DNA of 64,000 bases from Syntrophales bacterium. Lineage in GTDB: Bacteria > Desulfobacterota > Syntrophia > Syntrophales > PHBD01. Below the pieces are notes generated by a model. The model made no database searches, was not told the origin of the DNA, and was given only the letters and a program-made list of their open reading frames with translations. Position 1 is the stretch's first letter. Each line of letters starts with the position of its first letter. A program made the position numbers and the translations under genes. Below are positions 29,212 through 39,886 of this stretch, piece after piece. The DNA is taken from assembly GCA_963668175.1 (NCBI GenBank), contig OY764159.1, positions 2,752,001 to 2,816,000 of the forward strand, given 5' to 3'.

Positions 29212-31146
29212 TCAGAAATTTTTGAATCCTTCGTCGTCTTCAAAAGGGATGACCTTCTCGGCCGGTGGACGGCTGCCGCCTTTGGAGGCCTTCGGGTAGT
29301 TGCCTTTTTTCAAGAAAGAGACGGCCTTCCTGGCGACAGGTCTCTCCTCGTGCATTTCGATCTGTTTCATGTCTCCGGACCGGCCCCCGTTTTTCTCGTC
29401 GCCGCTGATGATGGTCTTGAGACCGACGATATTGCCCCGCATCATTTCGGCCTGGGCGTTGGTCTCCTCCGCGGCGCTGGCCAGTTCCTCCGCGTTGGCG
29501 GCGCTCTGCTGGACCACCTTGTCCATCTCGACGACCGCCTTGTTCACCTGGTTGATGCCTTCCGCCTGCTCCGTCGACGCCGCGGATATCTCGCTGACCA
29601 GTTCGGCCACCTTCACCGATTTCTCGGCGACTTCCGCGAAATCCCTGTTGGTCGTGTTGACAAGATCCGTCCCGTCCTTGATCTTCTTGACGGTCCCTTC
29701 GATCAGGCCCGCCGTGTTCTTGGCGGCCTCGGCCGCGCGGATGGCCAGGTTCCTCACCTCGTCGGCGACGACGGCGAAACCCGCCCCGGCTTCCCCGGCC
29801 CTCGCCGCTTCAACCGCGGCGTTCAGGGCCAGGAGGTTCGTCTGGAAGGCGATCTCGTCGATCGTCTTGATGATCTTCGATGTCTCCATGCTGGCGGTGG
29901 TTATCTCTTCCATCGACCTGGTCAGGCTTTTCATGGACTCGTTCGCCCGTATGACGACCTGCTTGGTCTCGGTCATCATGCCGTTGGCCTCCATGGCGTT
30001 GTCGGCGTTCCGGCGGGTCATGGACGACATCTCTTCCAGCGACGAGGATGTCTCTTCGATCGCGGCCGCCTGTTCGGTCGCACCCTCCGCCATGGACTGG
30101 CTGGCCGTCGAGACTTCCGTCGAGGCGGTGGCGATCTGCCGGGCCCCTTCGGTCAGTTCCCCGACGATCCGCGTGATGGGCCCGCTGATGCTCCGGGCGA
30201 AGAAGAGAACCGCCGCGACCGTCAGCGCCAGGAACACGACGCCGATGATGATGATAAAATTACGGATGGCCACGGCGTCTGCCAGGAATTCCTGCGAATC
30301 CTGGGTCATGAAGACCTTCCATCCGGTACCCTCGACGGACGCATAACCCGCCACCTTGGAAACGCCCTTGAAGACATACTCCTCGACGCCTTCTTTGCCG
30401 GACAGGGCCTTCGCCATGAAGTCCCGCATGCCCTCCTGTTGGGACAGGTTCATATCGAGGATGAATTCCTTCTTCGGATGGGCGATGACGAGGCCGTTCT
30501 TGTCCGTCATAAAGACATAACCCGTTTTGCCGATCTTGACGCTGCCGAGCCTTTCGGTCAGGAAATCGATCTTCAATACCAAGGCGACGATGCCGACAAA
30601 TTCACCCGATGCCGTCAGAACGGGGCTGGAAATGCCGACAACCGGGTTGCCGGTCGCTTTCGATTTGACGGGTGAGCCGATCACGCTGGCCTTTCCCGCC
30701 TTGGCCTCTTTGAAATAATCCCGTTCGGCTATGTTGATTCCCTTGTATTTGCCGCCGACGCCGTCGGCAACGACGCTGCCGTCCCTGTCTATCACGAGGA
30801 TAACCTCGTAATCCTTCCCGATTTTCTTCATCACGGCCGCCAGTTCGTTGCTGACGCGGGCCAACTCGCCGGCCGCCGCTTCCGCGCCGCCGGCCGCCGC
30901 TTTTGCCTCGGCGTTGACGACGTCGTCACGCACGGCGAGGCCCAAGACGATCTTCGCCTCTTCCGCCAGAACGAGCTGTACCATCCCCGACAAGTCCCTG
31001 GCGATGTTCTGCGCCTGGTTTTTAGCTGAATCGCCGAGGGCATTCGACGAACGGATTGCGGCAAAAACGCCCACAATCAGAAGGGGAATCAAGACGGCAA
31101 GAACCCCTCCCACCAGCAACTTGAAACCCAACGATCTCTTTTTCAT
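29212..31146 (-). CDS. Methyl-accepting chemotaxis protein with Cache sensor
   Basis: [40 protein letters not shown]; two TM helices flanking a dCache domain; C-terminal F.NF tether. Confidence 0.97.
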   Translation of the reverse strand: MKKRSLGFKLLVGGVLAVLIPLLIVGVFAAIRSSNALGDSAKNQAQNIARDLSGMVQLVLAEEAKIVLGLAVRDDVVNAEAKAAAGGAEAAAGELARVSNELAAVMKKIGKDYEVILVIDRDGSVVADGVGGKYKGINIAERDYFKEAKAGKASVIGSPVKSKATGNPVVGISSPVLTASGEFVGIVALVLKIDFLTERLGSVKIGKTGYVFMTDKNGLVIAHPKKEFILDMNLSQQEGMRDFMAKALSGKEGVEEYVFKGVSKVAGYASVEGTGWKVFMTQDSQEFLADAVAIRNFIIIIGVVFLALTVAAVLFFARSISGPITRIVGELTEGARQIATASTEVSTASQSMAEGATEQAAAIEETSSSLEEMSSMTRRNADNAMEANGMMTETKQVVIRANESMKSLTRSMEEITTASMETSKIIKTIDEIAFQTNLLALNAAVEAARAGEAGAGFAVVADEVRNLAIRAAEAAKNTAGLIEGTVKKIKDGTDLVNTTNRDFAEVAEKSVKVAELVSEISAASTEQAEGINQVNKAVVEMDKVVQQSAANAEELASAAEETNAQAEMMRGNIVGLKTIISGDEKNGGRSGDMKQIEMHEERPVARKAVSFLKKGNYPKASKGGSRPPAEKVIPFEDDEGFKNF

Positions 31147-32144
31147 AACCACCTCTCTATCCTTTTCTTCGTATAATGCCGCCGCGGATACCCGCTCTCA
31201 TCGCTCATGCCCGGTGCCCGGTCCATATCCGGAAGGATATACGCCATGCCGTTCGGTACGGCCGTGCCCCGGATGCAATCCGTATCCGCCTTGTCGCCGG
31301 ATTTGCGCGATCCCCGATGGCATTGCCGGAAACATCCGCGCTTCCGACAACGATATCCGGACCTTAAATACGATGTAATGCGCTTACCGTGCCAGAAGAC
31401 GCGGGGAAGATGCGGCGGACGCCCTGCCGACCCCGAACATATTATGAGAATGATACGGCATTAGAAGGGTCGTTTCGTCCCGGCATCCGCCGAGATGCCG
31501 GTCAGGCCTAAGAATAGCGAATAATGCCGTATAATCGAATGGATGATAATGCTGTGCGCCGTATTCGCCATGCCTGGACGGCCTGAAGGGTCTGAAAAAG
31601 AAAGAGAAATGCAATACTATACCATGGCAATATCCTTATATTATGCCCGGCTGCCGGAAATGAAGATTTGTTATGAAAAATCGGGGGAATATTCTACGAT
31701 TCGAAATTCTCTTTCCGTGAAGAGGGCGAGACAGGCGAAGGACGACGCGATGGGTAGGTTTTCATGAGAAATAAATAATATGATATAGTCATACAAACGA
31801 CTGCAAATATGCATTTCTAACGATCCGTGTATGCCTGGAGGATGAATCGAACCGTCCAATTTGCCGGAATCAGTCCGGAAATTCAGACATGGGTAAGGAT
31901 CGCAGGGCACGGGCGATCGACGGTGAATTTCAATGCCGGCGGAAAATAGCGGTTCGGAGCCGATTGACGAGATGGTAGAATCGTGCTCCTGTTCCGGGTG
32001 TGCGGTGTTTTGGGAACCGTTCCGCCGGCCGCTGTCTTCAACCTCTTTATTGTTGCAAGAGGGACGCTTTTTTTCTATAATGATACCGTATGTAAAACCT
32101 TCGGATACGAAGGCTGACGAAAAACGACCCTGTGAGGAAATCCC

Positions 32145-33824
32145 TTGAAAAAACTTGCCGTTGTCCTGTCCGGTTTTCTCCTGGTTTTCCTGTGTGCGGT
32201 CTTGTCGCCGGTCGAAGCGAAGGCCGCCGGACCTTCGGCGCGCGGTGACACGATTCAACTGACGGTCGGCGAAGGCGATTGCCTCTTCAATATCTGCAAG
32301 AAATACATGGATGGCAGCAACCGCTGGCAGGAGATCGCCCGGATCAACCGCCTGGCCGATCCCCATATGATTCATCCCGGCACGAAACTGACTGTTCCCG
32401 TCTCGTTCCTGAAAAGGACGCCCCTGAAGGGCCGGGTAACGTTCGTCCTGGGCGACGCGAAGGCGCAGGCCGAAGGCCGGGGCGACTGGGTTCCCCTGAA
32501 ATCGGGCGACGAAGTCTCCCAGAACAGCAACATCAGGACCGGCGAAGACAGCGCCCTGGAGATCGCCTTCTCCGACGGCAGCATCTTCGTGCTCAAGGCC
32601 GATACGGAGATCGGCATCAGGCAGGCGGAGCAGGCCCTGGGCTCCTATTTCTTCCGCGACCTGTATCTCAAGGTCGGTCGCGTCATATCACGCATCAAGG
32701 AGGCGACGGGCGCCTCCTCGCGCTACAAGGTCCGCACGCCTTCGGCCATCGCCTCCGTGAGGGGTACGGAATTCCGGGTCGCCGTGGACGGGGAGGAAAA
32801 GACGCTGACGGAGGTCGTGGAAAGGACCGTGACCGTCGAAGCCGCGCGCAAAAGCGTCGATGTGGCCCGGGGGGAGGGGACCGTTGTCGAGCAGGGCAAG
32901 CCGCCGCTGCCGCCCCGGAAACTCCTGCCGCCGCCCGCACCTTCCGATTTGAAGCCCGTCTATAATACGGCGCCGGTCGTCCGTTTCGCGGCCGTGGACG
33001 GCGCGGGGGCATACCGGGTTGCCGTGGCCGCCGACAGGGACGGGAAGAATCCGCTCCGCGAGAAGATCGTCAAGGCGGGCGAGCCGTTCACAGCGGCCAA
33101 TCTCGCCGACGGCTCCTACTTCCTCTTTGTGCAGAGCATCGACGAAGCGGGCCTGGAAGGCCTGTCCTCCGAGGCCTATCCGTTCCGGGTCCGGCTGAAT
33201 CCGCTGCCGCCCATCACGCAGACGCCGCAGGACGGCGCGAAGACCAAGGGGGCCTCGCAGGAATTCCGGTGGCTCACCGTCGGCGACGCCGTCCGGTACC
33301 ATGTGCAGGTCGCTTCCGACCGAGGATTTTCAAACGTGGTCCTCGACAGGTCCGGTGTCTCCGGTACGGCCTTCCGCACTTCCGCCCTGGAGTACAGGGC
33401 CTACTATTTCCGCATCGCCTCCATCGCCGACGACGGCTATCAGGGGGCATGGTCCGATCCGCTGGGCTTCGCCCTGACGCCGCTCCCGCCGACGCCCTCC
33501 ATGGACCGGCCGGCCGTCGCGAAGGACGAAATCAATCTGCGGTCGCGAAGCATCGGCGAGGGGTTCGCCTACCGGTTCCAGGTGGCGAAGGATGCGGGGT
33601 TTAAGGAGATCGTCGAGGACCGCAGGACGGACAGGCCCGAGATGACCATGAAGCGGCCGAAGGAGACAGGGACGTACTACGTGAGGATCGCGGGCATCGA
33701 CCGCGACGGAGACGCGGGCGAATATTCGCCGCCGCAGAGCTTCGCCGTCGAGGATAGATTTCCCTACGAATGGCTCGGCGGTTCCGTCCTGGGTTCCGTC
33801 CTGCTCATTATTCTTCTGCATTAA
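32145..33824 (+). CDS. LysM-FecR-fibronectin III envelope protein
   Basis: Signal peptide, LysM (IA.IN.L.DP..I.PG..L.VP), FecR TPSA.A.VRGT.FRV, FN3-like repeats, C-terminal anchor. Confidence 0.88.
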   Translation: MKKLAVVLSGFLLVFLCAVLSPVEAKAAGPSARGDTIQLTVGEGDCLFNICKKYMDGSNRWQEIARINRLADPHMIHPGTKLTVPVSFLKRTPLKGRVTFVLGDAKAQAEGRGDWVPLKSGDEVSQNSNIRTGEDSALEIAFSDGSIFVLKADTEIGIRQAEQALGSYFFRDLYLKVGRVISRIKEATGASSRYKVRTPSAIASVRGTEFRVAVDGEEKTLTEVVERTVTVEAARKSVDVARGEGTVVEQGKPPLPPRKLLPPPAPSDLKPVYNTAPVVRFAAVDGAGAYRVAVAADRDGKNPLREKIVKAGEPFTAANLADGSYFLFVQSIDEAGLEGLSSEAYPFRVRLNPLPPITQTPQDGAKTKGASQEFRWLTVGDAVRYHVQVASDRGFSNVVLDRSGVSGTAFRTSALEYRAYYFRIASIADDGYQGAWSDPLGFALTPLPPTPSMDRPAVAKDEINLRSRSIGEGFAYRFQVAKDAGFKEIVEDRRTDRPEMTMKRPKETGTYYVRIAGIDRDGDAGEYSPPQSFAVEDRFPYEWLGGSVLGSVLLIILLH

Positions 33825-33938
33825 CGGGCTTCTGCATCAGCCGGCGGCGGACCGGCGAAAGCGCCGAACGCGTCCCGATGCGGGCCGTTCGACGTGCCGC
33901 CGGGAACGTGAATCCCGATTGACTGCGATAGGACCTCC

Positions 33939-36206
33939 ATGAAGAAGATCGTCATCCCCCTCGTCTCCCTCGCGGTCCTTTTCCTGATCGAATATCTCGG
34001 GTTCCTGAACGGCGTGAACGGCTATTTCTACGATCTCTCCTTCCGCCTCAGGGGGCCCCGGACGCCGCCCGCGGGCATCGTCGTCGTCGCCGTGGACGAG
34101 AAGACGATGGCGGAGCTGGGCCGCTGGCCCATCGCCAGGCGGCATTACACGACGCTTCTGGAAAGGACGAAAGACGCGGCGGCCGTGGGGTTCGACATCG
34201 TCATGGCCGAGCCCTCCCCGGACGACGCGGGCCTCGCCGCGGCCATCGCCGGGCACGGAAACGCCGTCCTTCCCATCGTCATCGAGGAGGACATGACCGC
34301 CGTCTACCCCTCCCGGGTCCTTGCCTCCGCCCGCACGGGCCACGTCCACATCGAGCGGGGCCTCGACGGCATCGCCCGGGAAGTATACCACACCCTCTAT
34401 TTCGGCGGAAAGACGCTGCCGTCCTTTTCGTCCGTCGTTCTCGAAACGGCTTCCAAATCGCCGTTTGCAAGGGAGAAACTTGCGACGGGAGGCGGCGCGC
34501 CCGCCGATATCGTCCAGGGCGATGCGATGACGATCCATTTCTACGGCGGCCCGGGAACGTTTGCGAGGGTTTCCTTCCTGGACGTCGTGAAAGGCGCGTA
34601 TCCGCCGGATTATTTCCGGAAGAAGATCGTTCTCGTCGGCATTACGGCCCTGGGACTCGTCGACAGCGTCATGACGCCCTTTTCGGAAACGAGGCTGGGG
34701 ACGGCGGGCGTGGAGGTCCAGGCGAATATCCTCGCGAATCTCCTTGAGGGGAACGCCGTCCGTATCGTTCCCCTGGCCGTACGCTTTCCGGCGGGCGCGC
34801 TCCTGGCCGTAATCCTCTATGTCTTCTTTTTCAGGACCACGGAAGGAAAGGGAGCCCTTGTCCTCGTCGCCGCCCTCGGCCTCGGTTCCCTGGCCGTCTT
34901 CCTCGTCTTTTCGCTCGGGCAGGCGTGGTTCGCCCCCGCCGGCTCCCTGGCGGCCGTGGTCGTCCTCTTTGCGTCGGCCTATGTCGTCAAGCTGAGCGAA
35001 GCGGCCGCAAGCCTCGGCGCGACTTACAAGGCCATCGGGCCGCACCTGCGCAACCGTCCGGCGGAAAGCGGCGGCAACCCCGTCGCCGGCGGACTCGCCG
35101 GCATCGTGACGCCCCGGGGCATCCAGGCGCAAGCGTCGCTTCTCGCCGACATCACCCACGAGCTCATCTTCGAGAAGGAGCTGTCGGACCGCATTCTTTT
35201 GAGCGACGTCTTCGGCGTGGCGGTCTTCGACGGGGAGGGGAGGGCGGTCATGGCAAGCACGGACGTCCGCCGGATCTGCGGCGAGAATGGCGTATCCCTC
35301 GAAAGCCGGGACCGGTTCGCCGCGGGGCTTTCGCCCTTCGTGCTGGAAAAGGCAGGCGAAGGGCCTCCCTTCGAACGGTGGCTCGCGATGCCGTCCGTCA
35401 CCGTCTCGCTGGAAAGGCCCGACAAGCGGTTTCTGAAACTCGACGTTTCGCGGCTGCCCATCGGAAAGACGGACTACGCCCTCTTCATCCTCTCCGACAT
35501 CACGAAGATCAAGGAAGTGGAAATCCTGAAGGGGCAGATCGTGTCGATCGTCTCCCACGAGATGAAGACGCCCATGTTCAATATCCTGGGATTCAGCGAG
35601 ATCATGGCCCGGGACCTCGACGGGGAGATGGGCCGGTACGCGGCCATCGTCAAGGAGGAATCGGAGCGGCTCACGAAGTTCGTCAACACGTTTCTCGACA
35701 TCAACAGGATCGAGGAAGGGCGGCAGCGGATCGTGCGGACCGACGCGGACCTCGCGGGCCTCGTCCGCGATGTGGCCGCCAAAATGGAGCCGCTGGCCCG
35801 AAAGCGGGACATCCGCATCGTCGTGGAGGCCCCCGCCGCCGTAAGGACCGTCCCGCTGGACCGCGACCTGACGGCGCAGGCCGTCCTGAATCTCGCGGAA
35901 AACGCCGTGAAGTACAGCCCGGCCGGAAGGGCCGTCGCGATCAGGGTTACGGAGGATGCGGAATCCGTCGCCTTGGAAATCGCCGACGAGGGATACGGCA
36001 TCAGGGAAAAGGACCTGGAGCGCATCTTCGAGAAGTTTTACCGGGCCGACCCCGGGGCGCCGGAGAACATCAAGGGATCGGGTTTGGGGCTCACGTTCGT
36101 GAAGGAGGCGACGGAAGCGCAGGGCGGCAGGGTCGAGGCGAAGAGCGTTTTCGGCCGGGGTTCGTCCTTTACGATCCGTTTCCCGGCAAAGAAAAGCGCC
36201 CCCTGA
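33939..36206 (+). CDS. CHASE2-domain sensor histidine kinase
   Basis: IVVVA.DE.T...LGRWP..R CHASE2; SHE.KTP H-box, N..NAVKYS, G.GLGL. Confidence 0.95.
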   Translation: MKKIVIPLVSLAVLFLIEYLGFLNGVNGYFYDLSFRLRGPRTPPAGIVVVAVDEKTMAELGRWPIARRHYTTLLERTKDAAAVGFDIVMAEPSPDDAGLAAAIAGHGNAVLPIVIEEDMTAVYPSRVLASARTGHVHIERGLDGIAREVYHTLYFGGKTLPSFSSVVLETASKSPFAREKLATGGGAPADIVQGDAMTIHFYGGPGTFARVSFLDVVKGAYPPDYFRKKIVLVGITALGLVDSVMTPFSETRLGTAGVEVQANILANLLEGNAVRIVPLAVRFPAGALLAVILYVFFFRTTEGKGALVLVAALGLGSLAVFLVFSLGQAWFAPAGSLAAVVVLFASAYVVKLSEAAASLGATYKAIGPHLRNRPAESGGNPVAGGLAGIVTPRGIQAQASLLADITHELIFEKELSDRILLSDVFGVAVFDGEGRAVMASTDVRRICGENGVSLESRDRFAAGLSPFVLEKAGEGPPFERWLAMPSVTVSLERPDKRFLKLDVSRLPIGKTDYALFILSDITKIKEVEILKGQIVSIVSHEMKTPMFNILGFSEIMARDLDGEMGRYAAIVKEESERLTKFVNTFLDINRIEEGRQRIVRTDADLAGLVRDVAAKMEPLARKRDIRIVVEAPAAVRTVPLDRDLTAQAVLNLAENAVKYSPAGRAVAIRVTEDAESVALEIADEGYGIREKDLERIFEKFYRADPGAPENIKGSGLGLTFVKEATEAQGGRVEAKSVFGRGSSFTIRFPAKKSAP

Positions 36207-36276
36207 CGGCAGGCGAGAGAGCCTCCCGCCGGAAGACGCACGGCCGCGTGCGGGCCTGCGACGACGCGGGACGCGT

Positions 36277-38271
36277 TCAGTCCAGGGCCTTCCTGATGAC
36301 CCTGGCGAGGTCCTTCTTGTAGATGGGCTTCATGATGAACTGCCGGACGCCCAGGGCCTTCGCCTGATCCTCCGAGATCATGTCGCTGTATCCCGTGCAG
36401 AGAATGACGGGGATGTCCGAGCGTATTTTCAGCATCTCCTTCGCCAGGTTGTCCCCCCGGATATTGGGCATGGTCATGTCGGTGATGACGAGATCGAACT
36501 CGTCCGGCCGGGCCCTGAAGAGTTCCAGCGCTTCATCGCTGTTCTTTCTCGCCGTGACCCGGTAGCCAAGCGACGAGAGCCTCGCCGTCTCCACTTCCAG
36601 GATGAATTCCTCGTCGTCGATAAAGAGGATGTGCTCGTGGCCGCCGGGGATCGATTCCGGCGCCTCTTCCTTTGCGCGTTCCGCGGATTCGATGACGGGC
36701 AGCAGGACGTTGAATACCGTGCCCTTGCCGACGTCGCTCGCGACGTCGATGGCGCCGCCGTGATCCCTGACGATCCCGTACACGACGGAAAGCCCCAGTC
36801 CGGTGCCCTCGCGCGGCCCCTTCGTCGTGAAGAAGGGGTCGAAGATCCGGTCGATCGTGTCCGGCGCGATGCCGTGGCCCGTGTCGCCGACCGTCAGCCG
36901 GACATAGTCGCAGTCGGGGAGATCGGGCAGGCGGGGCCCGGCCGGCCCGCTCTTCTCCCGGGTCAGCCTGATCTCCAGCGTGCCCCCTTTATCCCTCATG
37001 GCATGGGCCGCATTCGTGCAGAGATTCATCAGGACCTGCTCGATCTGCGTGGGATCGGCCATGATCAGGGACGACTTGTCCGCCATGTCCTGGGCGATCC
37101 TGATCGTCGAGGGGAGGAACGTCTTGATCATCTTGACGGCATCCCTGACGACGGCCGCCGCGACGATCGGCTTGCGTCTGTTCTCCTTCTTGCGGCTGAA
37201 GACGAGGACCTGGCTGACGACGTCCTTGGCGCGCTGGCTCGCGTGCAGGGCCTGGTCGACGTAATACCTCAGGTCGTCGGGATGCGTTTCGAGCTGGGCG
37301 AGTTCCATGTACCCGATCATGGCCCCCAGGATGTTGTTGAACTCGTGGGCGATGCCTCCGGCCAGCGTGCCGATCGCCTCAAGTTTCTGGGCCTTCTGCA
37401 GCATCTCGTTGGCCTGCTTCAGGTCGGCGGTGCGCTCCCGGACCAGCTCTTCCAGGTTGTTCCGGTAGTCGAGAAGGGCTTTTTCCGTGCGGACCTTTTC
37501 GGTGATGTCGTTGATGAGAAGAATGACCGTGTCGGGGTCGCCCTGAAACGGCAGTTTCTTCATGGACAGGAGGCTTTCCGGGGCGTGTATCGTCTCGATC
37601 CGGTCGATGCCGGTTGTTCCGCCGGGGCCTGCGGCGATGAGCGATTCCACCCGGGACGCGCCCTCGCCTTCGAAAAGCTCCGCCAGCGGGAGGGTCAGAA
37701 GCTGGTCCTGCGTCCTGCCCAGTATGCGCGCGGCGGCGGCGTTGGCATAGACGATCCGGCCGCAGTACAGTTCGACAAGCCCTTCGAGCAGGCTCTCCAG
37801 CATGGCCTGCAGGTGGCTGTTCTTGCCGAGGAGTTCCTTGGTGATCTGCCGGGGAATGACCGTGTCGATGCCGATGATCTCCGGCTTCGTTTCATGAGGG
37901 CCGCGGTTGTTCACATCGTTCAGGAAGGAAAGGATATGACGTTCCGTATCCAGGAAGGAGCCCTTGGCGATGAACGCATCGGCGCCGACGGCGGCAGGAT
38001 CGAAACTGAGTTCGGATGCCGCGGCGGACATGAGCACGATGTGCGAATCCCTGAGATGACCCATCTTGCGGATGATCCGGCAGAGTTTGTCGCCGTTGAG
38101 ATTCGGGAGGAAGTAGTCGCAGAAGATGAAGTCGGGGGTGTAGTCGGCCAGCGTCTGGATGGCCGCCACGCCGTTTGCGCAGGAAACGATGTCATAGCCC
38201 GCGTCGCGCAGGCTCTTTGCCAGGAATGTGCTGAGATGGTCGTTGTCGTCGATAAGGAGTATTTTTTTCAT
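36277..38271 (-). CDS. Hybrid histidine kinase (REC-PAS-HisKA-HATPase-REC)
   Basis: [17 protein letters not shown]...GTGLGL; receiver domains at both ends. Confidence 0.95.
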   Translation of the reverse strand: MKKILLIDDNDHLSTFLAKSLRDAGYDIVSCANGVAAIQTLADYTPDFIFCDYFLPNLNGDKLCRIIRKMGHLRDSHIVLMSAAASELSFDPAAVGADAFIAKGSFLDTERHILSFLNDVNNRGPHETKPEIIGIDTVIPRQITKELLGKNSHLQAMLESLLEGLVELYCGRIVYANAAAARILGRTQDQLLTLPLAELFEGEGASRVESLIAAGPGGTTGIDRIETIHAPESLLSMKKLPFQGDPDTVILLINDITEKVRTEKALLDYRNNLEELVRERTADLKQANEMLQKAQKLEAIGTLAGGIAHEFNNILGAMIGYMELAQLETHPDDLRYYVDQALHASQRAKDVVSQVLVFSRKKENRRKPIVAAAVVRDAVKMIKTFLPSTIRIAQDMADKSSLIMADPTQIEQVLMNLCTNAAHAMRDKGGTLEIRLTREKSGPAGPRLPDLPDCDYVRLTVGDTGHGIAPDTIDRIFDPFFTTKGPREGTGLGLSVVYGIVRDHGGAIDVASDVGKGTVFNVLLPVIESAERAKEEAPESIPGGHEHILFIDDEEFILEVETARLSSLGYRVTARKNSDEALELFRARPDEFDLVITDMTMPNIRGDNLAKEMLKIRSDIPVILCTGYSDMISEDQAKALGVRQFIMKPIYKKDLARVIRKALD

Positions 38272-38946
38272 AGTGGTCGGCCCTTTAGGGTGAACGGTCG
38301 ATATTGCAAATAAAAGAAGCGCAAGGGGCAAGATTGCGGGCAATCTGATTTACTATCCGAAATTACCATAAGCGGCTCTGAATTTCAGCTTCTTTTTATA
38401 CCGGGGGACGGGACCGGGCGGCGGTCCGTGCAACGCACTCTCTTCATGATGAAAAAATCCGGCCTCCGCGCGCCATAGGATAAACGCCTATGGTTGCCGC
38501 GCGTTCATTCTTACTAAAAATCCATCCTTTACCGCTGTTCAAAATCGGACGAACGACGATTGTTAAACACGGCCGCCTGAATTACATTAGAATCGAAAGA
38601 AGAAGAAAGGCGGCATGCGAAAAGATGTTGGCAGCAGAGATGGTCGGTGTCAGGACCGGAGAAAGAATCGAGTTCAATCCCCAGAAGAACGTCCTGGGGA
38701 AGGTCGTGGGCCGTCCGTGGTCGCCCCCCCGTCAGATAGGCGATAAATGCAGAACCGGAAGGGTCATAGGGACCATCTGAAGACCGGAAGGAGTGCCGAA
38801 ATGATTCACGGGAAAAAGACGGAAAAGAAGACGGAAAGAAAGGAAAGAGGAGAGAAGCTCGAACCCCGCAAACGCGGCGGGATATGGATCGACCCGATGT
38901 GCTTCCCGTACCTCTAAAAAAATAAAAGCCCGAAGGGAGAAGAGCC

Positions 38947-39045
38947 ATGAAAAAGACGACAGTGAAGAAGACCGAAAAGACCATCGAGAAAAAGAGGATT
39001 AACAAAGGCTGGATCGACCCCACCTGCACGCCGATGGAACTGTAA
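38947..39045 (+). CDS. Small Lys-rich peptide (32 aa) MKKTTVKKTEKTIEKKRINKGWIDPTCTPMEL
   Basis: GGGAG RBS; own terminator at 39100-39136. Confidence 0.5.
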   Translation: MKKTTVKKTEKTIEKKRINKGWIDPTCTPMEL

Positions 39046-39099
39046 CGGCAGGCGGAACCCGGCAGAGACGTTAACCCGTTTTTGAACCGTTTCACGGAG

Positions 39100-39136
39100 A
39101 AGGGGCGTTCGGAAGGTACCGAACGCCCCTTTTTTG
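39100..39136 (+). terminator. Rho-independent terminator
   Basis: AAGGGGCGTTCGG-aaggta-CCGAACGCCCCTTTTTT. Confidence 0.8.
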
Positions 39137-39282
39137 TCTGTTGAGATCTTCCTCCAGCCCGACGGAACCGTCTCGTGCGGAATCGGGGAAGCAACGGAAC
39201 GGCGGGACATCCGTGGGGCGGATTCATGAAAAAAGACAGGCCGGAGGTATCCATAACAGGCGGCGCGGGAACGCCCGGCATG

Positions 39283-39310
39283 AAAAAAACCGGGGCTCGT
39301 CGCCCCGGTT
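39283..39310 (-). terminator. Rho-independent terminator of 39344..39643
   Basis: A-tract then CCGGGGC-tcgtc-GCCCCGG on the + strand. Confidence 0.65.
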
Positions 39311-39343
39311 CGGTTAAGATTGATGTCGCAGGGATCGGGGGCA

Positions 39344-39643
39344 TCAGGCGAGGCCGATCAGTTTAAGCGCCTCTTTCGCTTCCAGCCACACGCGGACGGA
39401 GTACGTAAATCCCGGGACGCCGATATAATTCGACATCCGCGTAATGATATAATCCATCGCTTCCGCCGTCTTCGCCCGGTCGCATTCGAAGAGATTGATC
39501 GACCTGACGCCGGCGCCGACTTCGCTGTCCAGGAACGGACCCTTGATCGTCAAAAAAGGCGGGAGGGGCGGCAGCTCCAGCAGGCGCTTGCCGACTTCCT
39601 TCGCGCTTTCCAGGGGATATGACGATGCGGCGATAATGACCAT
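39344..39643 (-). CDS. Conserved hypothetical protein (99 aa)
   Basis: AAGGAGG RBS; EA.EALK.IGL C-terminus. Confidence 0.75.
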   Translation of the reverse strand: MVIIAASSYPLESAKEVGKRLLELPPLPPFLTIKGPFLDSEVGAGVRSINLFECDRAKTAEAMDYIITRMSNYIGVPGFTYSVRVWLEAKEALKLIGLA

Positions 39644-39886
39644 GTTGCGCCTCCTTTCTTAAAAGAGGTTACCGCAGGGCTGTTTCGCACGAAGCGATAT
39701 CCTTTAAGCCTCCGAAAAGGCGACACGCCGTCCCGGAGGCCCGGCGGCGGTAATTTCCATGGATGCGTCTTCATGAGGTTTGACCTCCTACGGCGGATGC
39801 GCCGCTTGCCTTTCCTGCACAGGCATGCCGGCGACGGGTTCCATTCCGGAAAACGGCGGCCGACATCCATCGCGGGAGACGCGCCG

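Noticed and set aside
31170..31400. Cyclic dinucleotide (GEMM) riboswitch upstream of the MCP gene
   Set aside because: GC-rich stems exist, but the GNRA tetraloop and GACGCAAAG core were not found by eye; an Rfam scan would be decisive
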